A DNA stretch of 64,000 bases from the NCBI GenBank assembly GCA_032718475.1, contig JAUCBJ010000751.1:979-64978 (forward strand). The letters run 5' to 3'. The notes under the pieces were generated by a model. It did not search any database. It saw only the letters and a list, made by a program, of their open reading frames with translations, and was not told the DNA's origin. The position numbers were made by a program, and so were the translations under genes. Below, piece by piece: positions 51,171 to 62,784 of this stretch; position 1 is the stretch's first letter; each line of letters starts with the position of its first letter. Source of the stretch: Nemertoderma westbladi (taxonomy: Eukaryota > Animalia > Xenacoelomorpha).

Positions 51171-51888
51171 CCCGAGTAGAGACGTGACCCCGCGCCTAGG
51201 TAGAGACGTGACACATCACCCAGTGCCCGTGTAGAAGCGTGACCCCGCACCCGTGTAGAAACGTGACCCTGCGCCTGTGTAGAGACGTGACCCTGCGCCC
51301 GGGTAGAGACGTGACACATCACCCTGTGCCTGTTAGAGACGTGACCCCGCACCCGTGTAGAAGCGTGACCCTGCGCCCATGTAGAGACGTGACCCCGCGC
51401 CGGGTAGAGACGTGACACATTACCCCGTGCCCGTGTAGAAGCGTGACCCCGCGCCCGGGTAGAGACGTGACACATCACCCCGTGACTGTGTAGAAGCGTG
51501 ACCCCGCGCCCATGTAGAAGCGTGACTCTGCGCCCCTGTAGAGACGTGACCCAGAGCCCGGGTAGAGACGTGACACATCACCCCGTGCCCATGTAGAGAT
51601 GTAACCCCGCGCCCGAGTAGAACCATGACCCTGCGCCCGTGTAGAGACGTGACACATCACCCCGTGTAGAAGCGTGACCCTGCGCCCGTGTAGAGACGTG
51701 ATCCCGCGCCCAGGTAGAGACGTGACACATCACCCCATGCTCATGTAGAAGCTTGACCCCGCGCCCATGTAGAAGAGTGACCCCGCACCCGTGTAGAAGC
51801 GTGACCCCACGCCCGTGTTGAGACGTGACCCCGGGCTCGGGTAGAGACGTGACACATCACCTCGTGTAGAAGCGTGACCCCGCGCCCG
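51171..51888. repeat. GC-rich 24/32-bp minisatellite, right part
   Basis: Same units as 37016-37359. Confidence 0.93.
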
Positions 51889-51985
51889 GATTTGAAGTGT
51901 TGTAATTTAGTAACCTTTAATTTTATTATTCTTTTTTCACTGTTCAGTGACGCCTCTGTCTGTAACTGGTAGGCAGTCTGTTGGT

Positions 51986-52163
51986 AACTGGAAGCCAGGC
52001 GGCAGCAGTCTTTCTGTGAAAGTTAATCATAAGAATGTAATTTAAAGTGATAACTAACACACAGTGGTATCTATACTAAGGTTAGTTACTAATAATTGTT
52101 CTATAAAGGTCTTAATACTTGCCGCCTTTGATTGCCTTTATGAGACTTTATTGATTGCATAAG
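51986..52163 (+). repeat. Direct repeat of about 180 bp, second copy at 55073-55253
   Basis: Near-identical AGCCAGGCGGCAGCAGTC...GCATAAG. Confidence 0.88.
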
Positions 52164-52354
52164 CTCTCTGCTCTCAGCTCTTTTCCTTTCGGCTGTAAAT
52201 CCAACAGGCGTCTGCGGCATAGAAGGGAAGTTTTACCTTATAAAGTGTGGGTTGGATGTTTCCTTAAACCCCGGTTTATACACTCAAAAAAATGTATTGT
52301 TCTCCAAACTGCCAAAAACATTATCAGTACGACAACATAATCTATTTAAAAAAT

Positions 52355-52486
52355 AGAAGAATATATGAGAATATATAAAGAATATATAAGAATATATGAG
52401 AATATATGAGAATATATAAAGAATATATGAGAATATAAAGAATATATGAGAATATATAAAGAATATATGAGAATATATAAAGAATA
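52355..52486. repeat. GAATATATAAA/GAATATATGA simple repeat (resumes at 54406-54445)
   Basis: Directly visible. Confidence 0.9.
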
Positions 52487-54405
52487 CAGTCGTGGTCTCA
52501 AAGTGCATCTGTTCTTTGAGATTTTCTCAAAGAACTAAAAGTGTCTCAAAGTTCTAAAAGAGGTCCAAGAAAATGACAAAGTGTCCTCAAAGATTTCAAA
52601 GTAGTACTGTCAGTTATTTCATACAATCCTGCCTGAAGCTGGCTATGGTATGGGGTATATTGACTTTGACTAAAGGGTAAAATATAAGTAATAAAAACCT
52701 CTATAAAACAATAAATATGCATCCAAAAAATACTGCAGTAATAAATATTTGTTACTGCAGTAATAAATATTTGTTACTGCAGTAATAAATATTTGTTACT
52801 GCAGTAATTATTATTTGTTACTGCAGTAACTAATATTTATTACTGCAGTATTTTTTTGTAGGTATTTTTATTGTTTCAGAGAGGTTTTATTAATTAATAT
52901 TTTTACTCTTTCGAGACGCCATAATTGGGGGCTATCGGAATGTGTTGGTATTTGTGTCTTAGACAGTTTGTCTGTTGCCATATCTATATTAATGTATAGT
53001 ACTGTTTAAATTTGTTTAGCCCACAGGGCCTTGAATGTGAACGCCGAATTCCTTTACCAATGCATTTCAATGGTCAACCAGCCATTCTTTGCCGCACTGT
53101 AAATTGTGTTATACAAAGTAAAGAATAAATATAGAGGCAGGAATAAAGAGAAATGATTCGAGCGCACTAATTGGCTGTTCCCATAGATGTTTTAGGCATT
53201 GTTGGTGCGCAATGCATATTGTCAGAGCGACCGCCCAGTCTGCCAAAATCTATTATGTAATCAAATGGTACCACAAGCCAAGTAAAGCATGTGACAGTTC
53301 TTTCCGGCTCTGCCTGCACCTGTTTGTTTCAAGGTCACCGTCCGTGGGTCGCTACTCGCTAGCTGTGATTGATAGCTTAAACTGGGTGCCGCTTTGCCAG
53401 AAGGCGGTACACATCAATTGAATATCAGGCAAACATTTAAAATATGCTCAAATATAGACGCCAGCGGCAGGGGATATTTTAATATCTATATTAAGTTAAA
53501 ACAACACAAGAGTATAGCCGTTCTATTCTATCGTTCTTGAAACTTGAAAGCCTTTCTTCGTTTTTAAGAAGGAATTCTCGCGCTCTCGTCACCGTAGTTA
53601 AACTGTAATTAAACAGTTAAGGTAGTACGGGTTGACCTCAGGTCACTAATGAAATGAATGACAAAAGTTATTACTATTGCTTTCTCCCAACAGGGCTTCC
53701 TTCTTCAGGTCATTGTAATGAAACTGCGTACACAGAGAAACTACAGTGCAGTTTCTCTTAATTGTTAATCTGATATTGTATTATGTTATTAAAATAATAA
53801 ATCTTGTCAAGCATTAATCTTGTTTCACTAATTATGTTTCATGTATTATTTGATTTTTAAGAATGTTTTTTAGAAAGAAGTTTATAAAAGGTCTTTATTT
53901 CCAAATAGAAGGGGAGGGAGGGTGGGGGGAGGGGGAGGGGCGTAGAATGCTTGTCAAACGGCGCCGTAAATTCAATTTGTACTTGCGACCGAAAACCCAT
54001 CCCATAATCACCCCAGGAACCTCAATGTGATAAATTAATGGGAATAGCTTCTAGGCAATAACTGGCCGGCCCACAAGTATCACTTGTGGCCCGCATGACA
54101 TTGTTCCACGAGAATGCCTCTGCCTCTCAGTTAACTTACCACGAGAGCTGTCAATCACGAATACCTCGGAGTTTATTTTCTCAAAGAATTAAAAGTGCCG
54201 CTAACTACCTAAAAGTGACATTTCTCAAAGAATTAAAAGAATTCAAAGTGCCTAAAAGCAGGAAATCACTTTGAGATTCCCAACTAAAAGTGTCTACAAG
54301 AATTCAAAGCGGCCGTTGGGAGTAATGTAATGAATGACTTTTAGACACTTTTAGAAAAACTTTGAGAAAATCTCAAAGAACAGATGCACTTTGAGACCCC
54401 GACTG
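52487..54405. mobile_element. Non-autonomous Tc1/mariner-like (pogo-type ends) DNA transposon
   Basis: About 46-bp TIRs CAGTCGTGGTCTCAAAGTGCATCTGTTCTTTGAG.. and ..CTCAAAGAACAGATGCACTTTGAGACCCCGACTG; TA on both sides; no transposase ORF. Confidence 0.85.
52672..52911. mobile_element. Foldback/MITE-like palindrome with central 22-bp repeats
   Basis: Arms AAAGGGTAAAA..AAAACCTCT and AGAGGTTTT..TTTTACTCTTT around repeated TTACTGCAGTAATAAATATTTG. Confidence 0.7.
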
Positions 54406-56037
54406 TATATAAGAATATATAAAGAATATATGAGAATATATAGAATACAGGAATTAACAATTATTTAAAATTATAATGTTAGACCTGTTGTTTCCTTGTC
54501 CTGTTGTTTCAACGTACTACATATGTATTCTAGAATACACTATTTTTATGAATTGTGTTAAAGTCAAGCAATGGAAAAAACGTGGCAAAAACGCGGGGAA
54601 AACCTTGCAAAAAAAGCGGCCAAAAAATACGGCCACCAAAATGGTCCTTAACGAAATATGAAATGTCAGAGAACAACTGTTATTCCCAACCTAAACCAAT
54701 TCAAACCATTATTGGAATCCTGAAATAATTAGGGTGGTGCGCTTTTTACTTTTTTCCGATTCTATTGTTCTACAGGTGCACAAAAGTTGCTAAATGGTAA
54801 AAAAGTAAGGCAAAAAAAAATTATTTAAATTTCGTCTATATCTTCACGGATCCCAAGAGGGTTACATTTTGAGCCATCGCGATGTACCATAATGAGATAT
54901 ATAACAATATAACACATTGATGAAAGATCAAAGACTCAAGAAAGAACTTCCTGCATGCATCAAATGTGATCAAATGGGTCCAAACTTAGTCAATCAGCCT
55001 GTAACTGGTAGCCAGGTGCCAGCAGTCTGCATTTAACTGGTATCCAGACGCCCGCAGTCTGTCTGTAACTGCAACTGGTAGCCAGGCGGCAGCAGTCTTT
55101 CTGTGACAGTTGTTAATCATAAGAATGTAATTTAAAGTGATAACTAACACACAGTGGTATCTATACTAAGGTTAGTTACTAATAATTGTTCTATAAAGGT
55201 CTTAATACTTGCCGCCTTTGATTGCCTTTATGAGACTTTATTCATTGCATAAGTAATTGCCTTTGTCAAAAGTGTATAAATAGGAGGATTTTTAGGGCAT
55301 TAAAACCATTCTCTATCAGAAATTTCTCTTAACTTTAATTACAAAGTTATTTACAAAATACTGTAAAAATGTTACCTGTAAGTCTTAAACTATTTTCTCT
55401 GCTGTCAGCTCTTTTCCTACTCCATGTAAGTTTATATAATGCATAAAGTATTCATTTAGCATTGTTATCTGAATTATTCATTTAATGATTTGCTCACGTA
55501 AATAAAGAAACCCTTTATTAAGGATGTTAGATTTATTCATCAAAACAAAAATAAAATGTTTTCTCACAGAATTATTCCACAAACAGAAATTGTATTTAAA
55601 CGGTTAGCATCCTAGAGAGAGTGACAACGCATACATGACTGTAGCCAACAGCTGTTTGACTGTCTCACAAACTGTCTGTTAATTATTCAGTTCACATTTA
55701 TTTTTGTTTTTGTCCGAGTATTGCAGACTGGTTTGCTATTATTATGGCCTCCCCCAGTCTGATGTGTCCGGAAATCCTTATTGGTTGTCCAGTTGTCCTT
55801 TTTAGTTGTCTAGTAGTCCGTATAGGTTATCCCCGTCTCCACCATTTGGTGTCACCTTGTCCATAACAGGTCTCCCCATGTCGCGTTGGATATCCGTCTG
55901 TCCACGTCTGTTTCCCTGGCCACGTCTTATTCCCATGTCAACATTTGTTGTCCCATTGTCCCCACACCAATTGTACCCCAACTCATATCAGTTTTCTTGT
56001 AATATTGTAATATGTGGTGGATTTTTCAACATTTTCT

Positions 56038-56124
56038 ATGACAGGCCCACTTTTTGGAGTAGCATGTAAAATAATATTAGCGATGATAACACTTAATAAC
56101 TTAACCAGTATTATTATTTGTTTA
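56038..56124 (+). CDS. Predicted exon 1 of the FReD gene (signal-peptide-like)
   Basis: MTGPLFGVACKIILAMITLNNLTSIIICL followed by donor GTAAAT in phase 0. Confidence 0.5.
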
Positions 56125-56424
56125 GTAAATAAACGTATTATTATTTCATCAATAGCTCTGCCGTGTAATGTGAAAAGACCGCAAGTCACAAAAAGTCATT
56201 TCGAGATTGTTGGTTTAAAATGTCCGTAAATTACTAATTTTTTATAACCCTACGCAATTGGGGGTGGGAAATTTTTTTACATGATTATTTTTTACTTTCC
56301 ATTAATATTTTGACGTCAGAGTTATTTTTTGTACTTACGGTATTTTTGCATTGTACAACCTATATGTAAATACATATTTCAAGACACATATTTCAATAAA
56401 ACCGTATTTGCGTTTTCTTATTAT

Positions 56425-59400
56425 TAGTCCGGCAGCCACAATGGTATACCGAAAATTTTTGGACGGATTAAATTTTTTTGATGTTTTGAGTTCTACAGGT
56501 CCCAATTAATGAGGAAATGGCGATTATAACATTTTTGACTTTGGGCATTTTGAAATAACGACCCAGTTGCTAAGGACCACGTAATTCTCATTTAAAGCAT
56601 AGCAACTGCAAACAGCATGTCGTAATGGATTGAAATCTTCTACAAAGTCAATATAGTTCATTTACGAAATAATGACAGTATTTTTTGTCAGATTTTTAGA
56701 TCCTGTTGCTATGGAGACGGCATTCAAGTTTAGTGTTGCGATTTCAAACGCCTTTAATTATACAATTAGTTACAAAATATGCACCAAAGTTAGTTAAATT
56801 ATGTTTAATTTATTAGCGTGGCCTTTCTGTAACTTTAGACAAGGTTAAGAATCTAAATTGGGCTGATATTTATTTCCTAACCTGACACATAATTATTAAA
56901 GATTACAAATTTCAGCGATTATAACATTTAGGTGATGTTTCTACGGTAACTATATTTGTTATTTCCAGTTTAGCTCCTTTCTACTGTATTGTGCATCTTA
57001 TTTTATTGTACCCGTATTCATAAATCGATACTGTAAGGGATAGTACAGATAAAGTGCCTAAGTACCTTAGCAAAGTAGACTAGAGTGGATTCTACTGTAC
57101 AGTATAGTATGTTCCCGTGTTCCAACGTACGATATATATAATAATATTTATAATATACCACATTTTAAGTTGGGTACTACAGTACTTTTTCTTGGGTGAC
57201 CATTTCGATATGGAGAATTGGGTTTGGAATTCATAACTATTGATGATCATTAGTTATGATTATTAGTTAGGCCTATGAATTATCAATGAGTTAGGCATCA
57301 CATTTAGTGGTTTCTTCATGGAATAGCTATTGAGTTTCCAGGTCTCTGCATTTAAATGGGACTTGTTCTATAGAAAATTGATATACTCGTAGTTTCTTAT
57401 ATGGAATGTTTTTTCATTGACATGAAAATGTCATTAGCTTGTTCTAGAAAATTGACATAGTGGTAGTTTCTTATACGTGAGTCGAATTGTTCATTTAATT
57501 GTCATCGGCATGTTTTTTTAATGTTTTTTTAATAATTAAAATGGTACTGTATGTTTGCGTAGTTCTCTAGAAATATAACAGTTGATGATAGCTAATCGAA
57601 TTAGGAAACCTAGCAATTACTGTAAAAAATTCTAAAATGACTAGTTCGAACATTCATAAGATATTATGGGTGCCACCTGGAAAAAACAGTAACTATTGTA
57701 TCTGGTAAAAAAAATAGCTAGTAAAATCTCAAAACTTGATCATATTTAAAAGTCAATAGATAAAATGTAGTTAACGGGCCGGTAACTACATAGTTAACGG
57801 GTCGGGACTAGAGTCATCAGACTTCCTTACAGGTTGACCTCGGAGTTTACTTAGGTAATGCCAAGCAAACTACAGTATAAACGAATTTAAGTTCCATGAA
57901 TTGTAAGAAATCCACGCATTCACTAGCTATGCTAATAACCCAACCAAACAGGAATATTGGACCTACCTTATCACATGTGAATGAAGCGGTCCTTCTATAC
58001 TGAGATTGACCAAAAAGGAAATGTCAAAAGAACTAGATTATGACATAGATATCAAGAGTTATATTAGTATTTCAAACCCGGTTTCATGCCTTGCCATTAA
58101 AAGTTTTGGCGGGGTCTGCTATTGGTCAACATCGAGCTAAATGTATTGACCATGAGTTCCTCAAAGATGTCACTATGTAATTTGGTATTTTCCTGTTCAG
58201 TACGGTGGACTTACATTAGGGAGGATGCATACATTAATGAGTTTCATTGGATCCATAGGAAGTTTAATGGTTGAAACCGGCCTCTCTGAAGTGTATCGTG
58301 TGTATTTTGGCGGTGTTTCAAAGATGTTATCTGGGAAAAAGTGTCCACAGAACAGGCGCGCTATGCGCATTTTCGCAGATAAATATTCTATATTTGTTCT
58401 ATTATTACATTTTTATCTGAGGGAAAGAACAGGTATAACCAATTCAATTTTCATAAAATCCCCATTAAAAAACCGTACCGCAGTAATAGACGTGGGCGAT
58501 ACAGTCAATGGACTATGGAACTTTTCCCAATATTTTACAGACTGTGACGGGATCAAGGGATCCCGACCGGATTTGTCCATTACGCGTCACCGTGTTTACC
58601 TTTGGGTGATACCTAGGCCGAGGCCGTTGCAGTAAAACAATAAGAGTTAATTGATGTTTCTTGATACTCGGATAATGAATATATATGTGATAGCACAGTA
58701 AGAGTTACAGTTAGGCAGAATTGATATATGATGGATGCTGTACCGGTAAATATATGTATTGGTGACGGTGATGGTATAGAATATCACCGGTCTACACTGA
58801 ACTGATGACTGAGTAACTGAACCGGCAATGTTATACATTGACAATATATATGTAATCATTTCTACACTATTGTGGCCTTTGTCCAGTGGATGCTTTCCCC
58901 CGCTCCTATTGGCTGATAACCTACTTCACGCCTCTCACCTCTTTGGGAGTGCTTCCCCCCCTGTTGGCCCCTGTTGGTTATTTTCCCTTCCGAGGTGGTT
59001 TGACCTCTAACCTCCCTTTGTGTGGCTTTGGGGTTTTGTGTTGTCCCCGTTATTGGTTGTGATACGAGATTGGTTATTACCAATCTCGAACCTCCGACAT
59101 ATTACTGAAAATGTGCCACTTCCCATTTATGAGGGTAATGCAGCGGAACTGAATCCGCTTACACAGACGATTTAAAATGCCTTGTAATAGCTCAGTAGAA
59201 CTCAATAAAATTAATTCAGTGTCGTAATACTTGTTTGAAAATTAATTTAATTATATTAAAAACATTTAAGGGAAAGGAGCAGGTTACAGTGACGGTGTTT
59301 TCTAACCAAAACAATAAACTATGCATTATTTCACTTGCGGTCAATTAGCGCTGAAGATCACTATTTTCACTTGCGGTCAAAGTGCGCCACTATCTGAAAC

Positions 59401-59962
59401 AAGCAGGAAACAAATTATTTATATATACATTTTAAAGTAATAATTTGTTGTCAAGGTTTGAAATGCTTCCGATGTGATGTCCGCAATAAATTACTGTGGT
59501 TTCCATGAAAACGGGTATTTGTTGCTAAACATATTTCTACACAAAATTGATGTGGTGCATATTATTTAGGGAAACATGTTATTAATAAAGTGCACAGACA
59601 AAACAAAAAACACATGAGTGTCAGTAGGCATAGTAGTTTTTCCTTGGAAAGATAGAGCGACAGTTGTAGTTCCTTCGTTACCATAGCAACACTTTAATAG
59701 TTTCTCTAAAATTTTCATATTTTCCATCAAAATTACAACCAGTTCAAGCCCACCAGTTAATCGCCATTCTGATTGCTAAGCTTTCAAAGAAATTGCTGTA
59801 GTCCATAGAAACGGGTCATTAATTCAAATTGCCCAAGGTGTTAAAGTCCATAAATCACTTTTTTATGTTAAGAGGGACCCCTAGACACCAAAACATCCAA
59901 AAAATGTAATCCGTCCAAAAATTTTCGGTTGGGCCAAAAAGAGGCACGTGGCTGCCGGACTA
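56425..59962 (+). mobile_element. Academ-like DNA transposon, decayed
   Basis: TAGTCCGGCAGCCAC and GTGGCTGCCGGACTA ends with long imperfect TIRs; 3-bp TSD TAT; transposase-like fragment LGRMHTLMSFIGSIGSLMVETGL..KMLSGK at about 58215-58375. Confidence 0.8.
58543..59288 (-). repeat. Probable solo LTR related to element D
   Basis: TGTGACGGGATC.. resembles the reverse complement of 63780-63843, and 59050-59105 resembles that of 63345-63400; right boundary and TSD uncertain. Confidence 0.55.
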
Positions 59963-60273
59963 TATCTATGCAATGACAAAACACCGTAAGTCTTGTTTTT
60001 TTGTTCGGTTTTTTTGGCATAAATTCAATTAGTTGCGGTCTTTTGTAAGTATAGCACTTACGGTCTTTTCCTTTGTAACACTATACATATGTTGTGACTT
60101 ACGGCCTTTCTACATTGCATATCTCGACAACTATAGTGGATACGGTGTTCTCGATTATACCATTAGATAGAGCGCATTTTTTAGACCCAGAAAAAGTGAA
60201 TTTAGGAAAAATGCGACTTACGGTCTTTTTACATTGTACGGCAGAGCTATTTATAATTAATTAATTATTACAG

Positions 60274-60303
60274 GCAAATGATGGACAATGTGGAGCCATT
60301 AAT
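60274..60303 (+). CDS. Predicted exon 2 of the FReD gene (ANDGQCGAIN)
   Basis: TTACAG acceptor, GTAAGT donor, 30 nt, phase 0-0. Confidence 0.6.
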
Positions 60304-60415
60304 GTAAGTTTATTAGTTATTTTAAATTATTATTTTAAATTTAATTTCATGCGCTTTCATAGATATTGTAAGTGGTGACAAGTTGAGATAAATTCATAAA
60401 AGTTACAAAATAATT

Positions 60416-60600
60416 GAGTTGAGATAATGTCTGGGAGACCTCTCTCTGGTGACCAAAAAAGAAAGGGTAACAATAGTTACGAGCTTTCACCCAACAGGGC
60501 TTCTCAAGCCATTCATCAAGCCCTGTCTGGTGAAAGCTCGTAACTGTTGTTACCCTTTCTTTTTTGGTCACCAGAGGTCTCCCAGACATTATCTCAACTC
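60416..60600. mobile_element. 185-bp palindromic MITE with GAG..CTC ends and AATT flanks (Sola-like)
   Basis: About 85-bp near-perfect inverted arms around a 15-nt loop. Confidence 0.85.
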
Positions 60601-60667
60601 AATTATGATTACTACGGTGACGAGAGCGCGACAATTTCTTAAAAGTTATAAAAATATTTCCTAACAG

Positions 60668-60784
60668 GTTACAGAGCTGGAAGAACAGAATACAGAGTTG
60701 GAAGGAAATATTAATGGGTTGAGTGACCAAATAAAAGATATACTTACAAACCTAACTAACCAAGTCAATGAGCTAAATAACGAT
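60668..60784 (+). CDS. Predicted exon 3 of the FReD gene (coiled coil)
   Basis: TTTCCTAACAG acceptor, GTTAGT donor, 117 nt, VTELEEQNTELEGNINGLSDQIKDILTNLTNQVNELNND. Confidence 0.75.
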
Positions 60785-61361
60785 GTTAGTTTCTTAACCA
60801 GTAATAATTTGTAACATAATTATTTGTCGTGTTGAAGTCCTTCTGTTTTATTATTATGTTTCTATTTATTTGTATGGAATTAATTTCGCACTACCAAATC
60901 GCCAGGCCGACATATTTCCTAACTTTATATCGCAGTGCAACATTATTTATCAGTACGCCATATACCCTACGCCATATATTTACTATGTATTTCAGTATAT
61001 CCAGTATGTCACCGCGTCATTATTAGGTTGTTCTAGAAAGTTTAAGTGCAAAACTACAAATAATTCCCCACAAATAAATAAAATTAGATTCGCCATTGTT
61101 CATAATTACCACATTAAATCTTTTACGGCCCTCGTTTTATTATTTCACTAAACAAAATCCCTCGTGCCGTAACGCTATAATGTGCTATTTTATGAGCAAC
61201 GACGTAATATAGTTAGTATTTAATTGCTCTAAATTTTGGGTCGAAATGCCGGCGTTTAATGATTTCCCTAGAGAACTCCAACCCAACCACTACTGATCAG
61301 ATGTGGGCAGAGGATTTACAGAATTTAATAAACAATTTCAATTAATAATATTTCCTAACAG

Positions 61362-61988
61362 GTTACAGAGTTGGAAGAGTTAGTTTCCATGTTACATGAT
61401 ACAGAGATAGTGAATTCATCCATTACACTGTATCAGATAATGGCTCCTCTGCTATTAAAGCAGAAAGATGGGGCGAAGATTCAACAAAGAGTTGATGGAT
61501 CTGTTGACTTCTATCGAAACTGGGATGAATATGTTGAAGGATTTGGCGACCCGAATACCAATTTTTGGTTGGGGTTGGAGGCGATCCACAATGTGAGTGA
61601 AGGCGGGGTGAAGTTGAGAGTCGATTTGTGGTTCAACAACGAACACAAATACGCGAAATACGACAACTTCTCTATCGGATCAGCTGCAACTAATTATCGC
61701 CTACAGGTATCCGGTTACCATGGTACTGCTGGTGACTCATTGGAGTTTCACAACGGTCTCCCATTCTCTACCAAAGACCGCGATAATGACAGGTGGGACG
61801 ACGTCAACTGCGCCGTACGACGTACTGGGGCGTGGTGGTACCACGAGACTGTACAAGGACGATACAAGGAATGCGCGTACAGTAACTTGAACGGAGAGTA
61901 TGGTGGGGGGTGGTCGCAAGGACCTTGTTGGTATTATTTTACTGTAAGGAATCCGGCTTCTCGAGTTGAAATGAAGATTTGGATTTAG
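61362..61988 (+). CDS. Last exon: fibrinogen-related domain (FReD; ficolin/tachylectin/angiopoietin-like)
   Basis: IQQRVDGSVDFYRNWDEYVEGFG, FWLGLE, AKYDNF, GTAGDSL, FSTKDRDND, GAWWY, SNLNG, EMKI. Confidence 0.93.
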   Translation, partial: VTELEELVSMLHDTEIVNSSITLYQIMAPLLLKQKDGAKIQQRVDGSVDFYRNWDEYVEGFGDPNTNFWLGLEAIHNVSEGGVKLRVDLWFNNEHKYAKYDNFSIGSAATNYRLQVSGYHGTAGDSLEFHNGLPFSTKDRDNDRWDDVNCAVRRTGAWWYHETVQGRYKECAYSNLNGEYGGGWSQGPCWYYFTVRNPASRVEMKIWI

Positions 61989-62784
61989 TAAAACTGTAAG
62001 TTTTATATAAAATTACTAAATAATTTCAATAGAGTTGCGTTGAGGATTATAAATAATATTAATATAATGTAAAAAAATAATAATATATGATAAATGATAG
62101 AAAATAAAAAAATATACTTTATTATTATTTGATTAAATTATATTTGTGTGAAAAGTTCCTGATTAATAATAATGAGTTCCGGAATAAATATCGTTTTTTA
62201 CTATAAAATTATTTACTTTAACGTTTTTATTCTTTATTTTGCAGTTTGAATTCCCAATAAGTTTTAGAAGAGACTGAATCTTGGCTATTCTACTATATGT
62301 TACCAGTTTATATGTGTGATGGTTATGGGTTATTGGTTTATGTTTGGTTAATATTTACAATATATTAATAAATTATAGTTGCAATAACTTAACTTTATTT
62401 ACTTAACTTGCTGTTAGACCAGGAGGGGCCGGTTGCATATAAATTAACCTTAGCTAAGGTGCACCTTTAACTCAAGTGTTGCCTTAAATATTTCAACATC
62501 CTTATCAGTTGTTGTCTGCCTAATATTACCTAATATATTTTATAGAAACATTTTGAGAACGTCGGTGGAGGTCCGAGAGCAAAATGTGGACTTATCAAAA
62601 TCAGCTGATATAATTTAACAAATTAATTGTTAATTAAACTTCTTTATTACCTAATAATATACAAATAAATCCTATTTTATTTTAACGCCTCTGTTTGAAT
62701 ATCGCCAGTTATTGGGTTTCTGGAACGGTTCCTGTGCCAAAGTGAGGGAGCGAAGAGGAGTCCTAAATGAACCGGAATCAGGGG

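Larger units (their letters stand above)
56153..60249. mobile_element. Outer non-autonomous TIR element with TAG..CTA ends (Academ-like)
   Basis: TAGCTCTGCCGTGTAATGTGAAAAGACCG and CGGTCTTTTTACATTGTACGGCAGAGCTA; subterminal CTTACGGTC repeats; TSD unclear. Confidence 0.7.

Noticed and set aside
51149-51660. HVSTRARG-repeat ORFs (also 37066-37350)
   Set aside because: By-products of a 24-bp GC-rich minisatellite.
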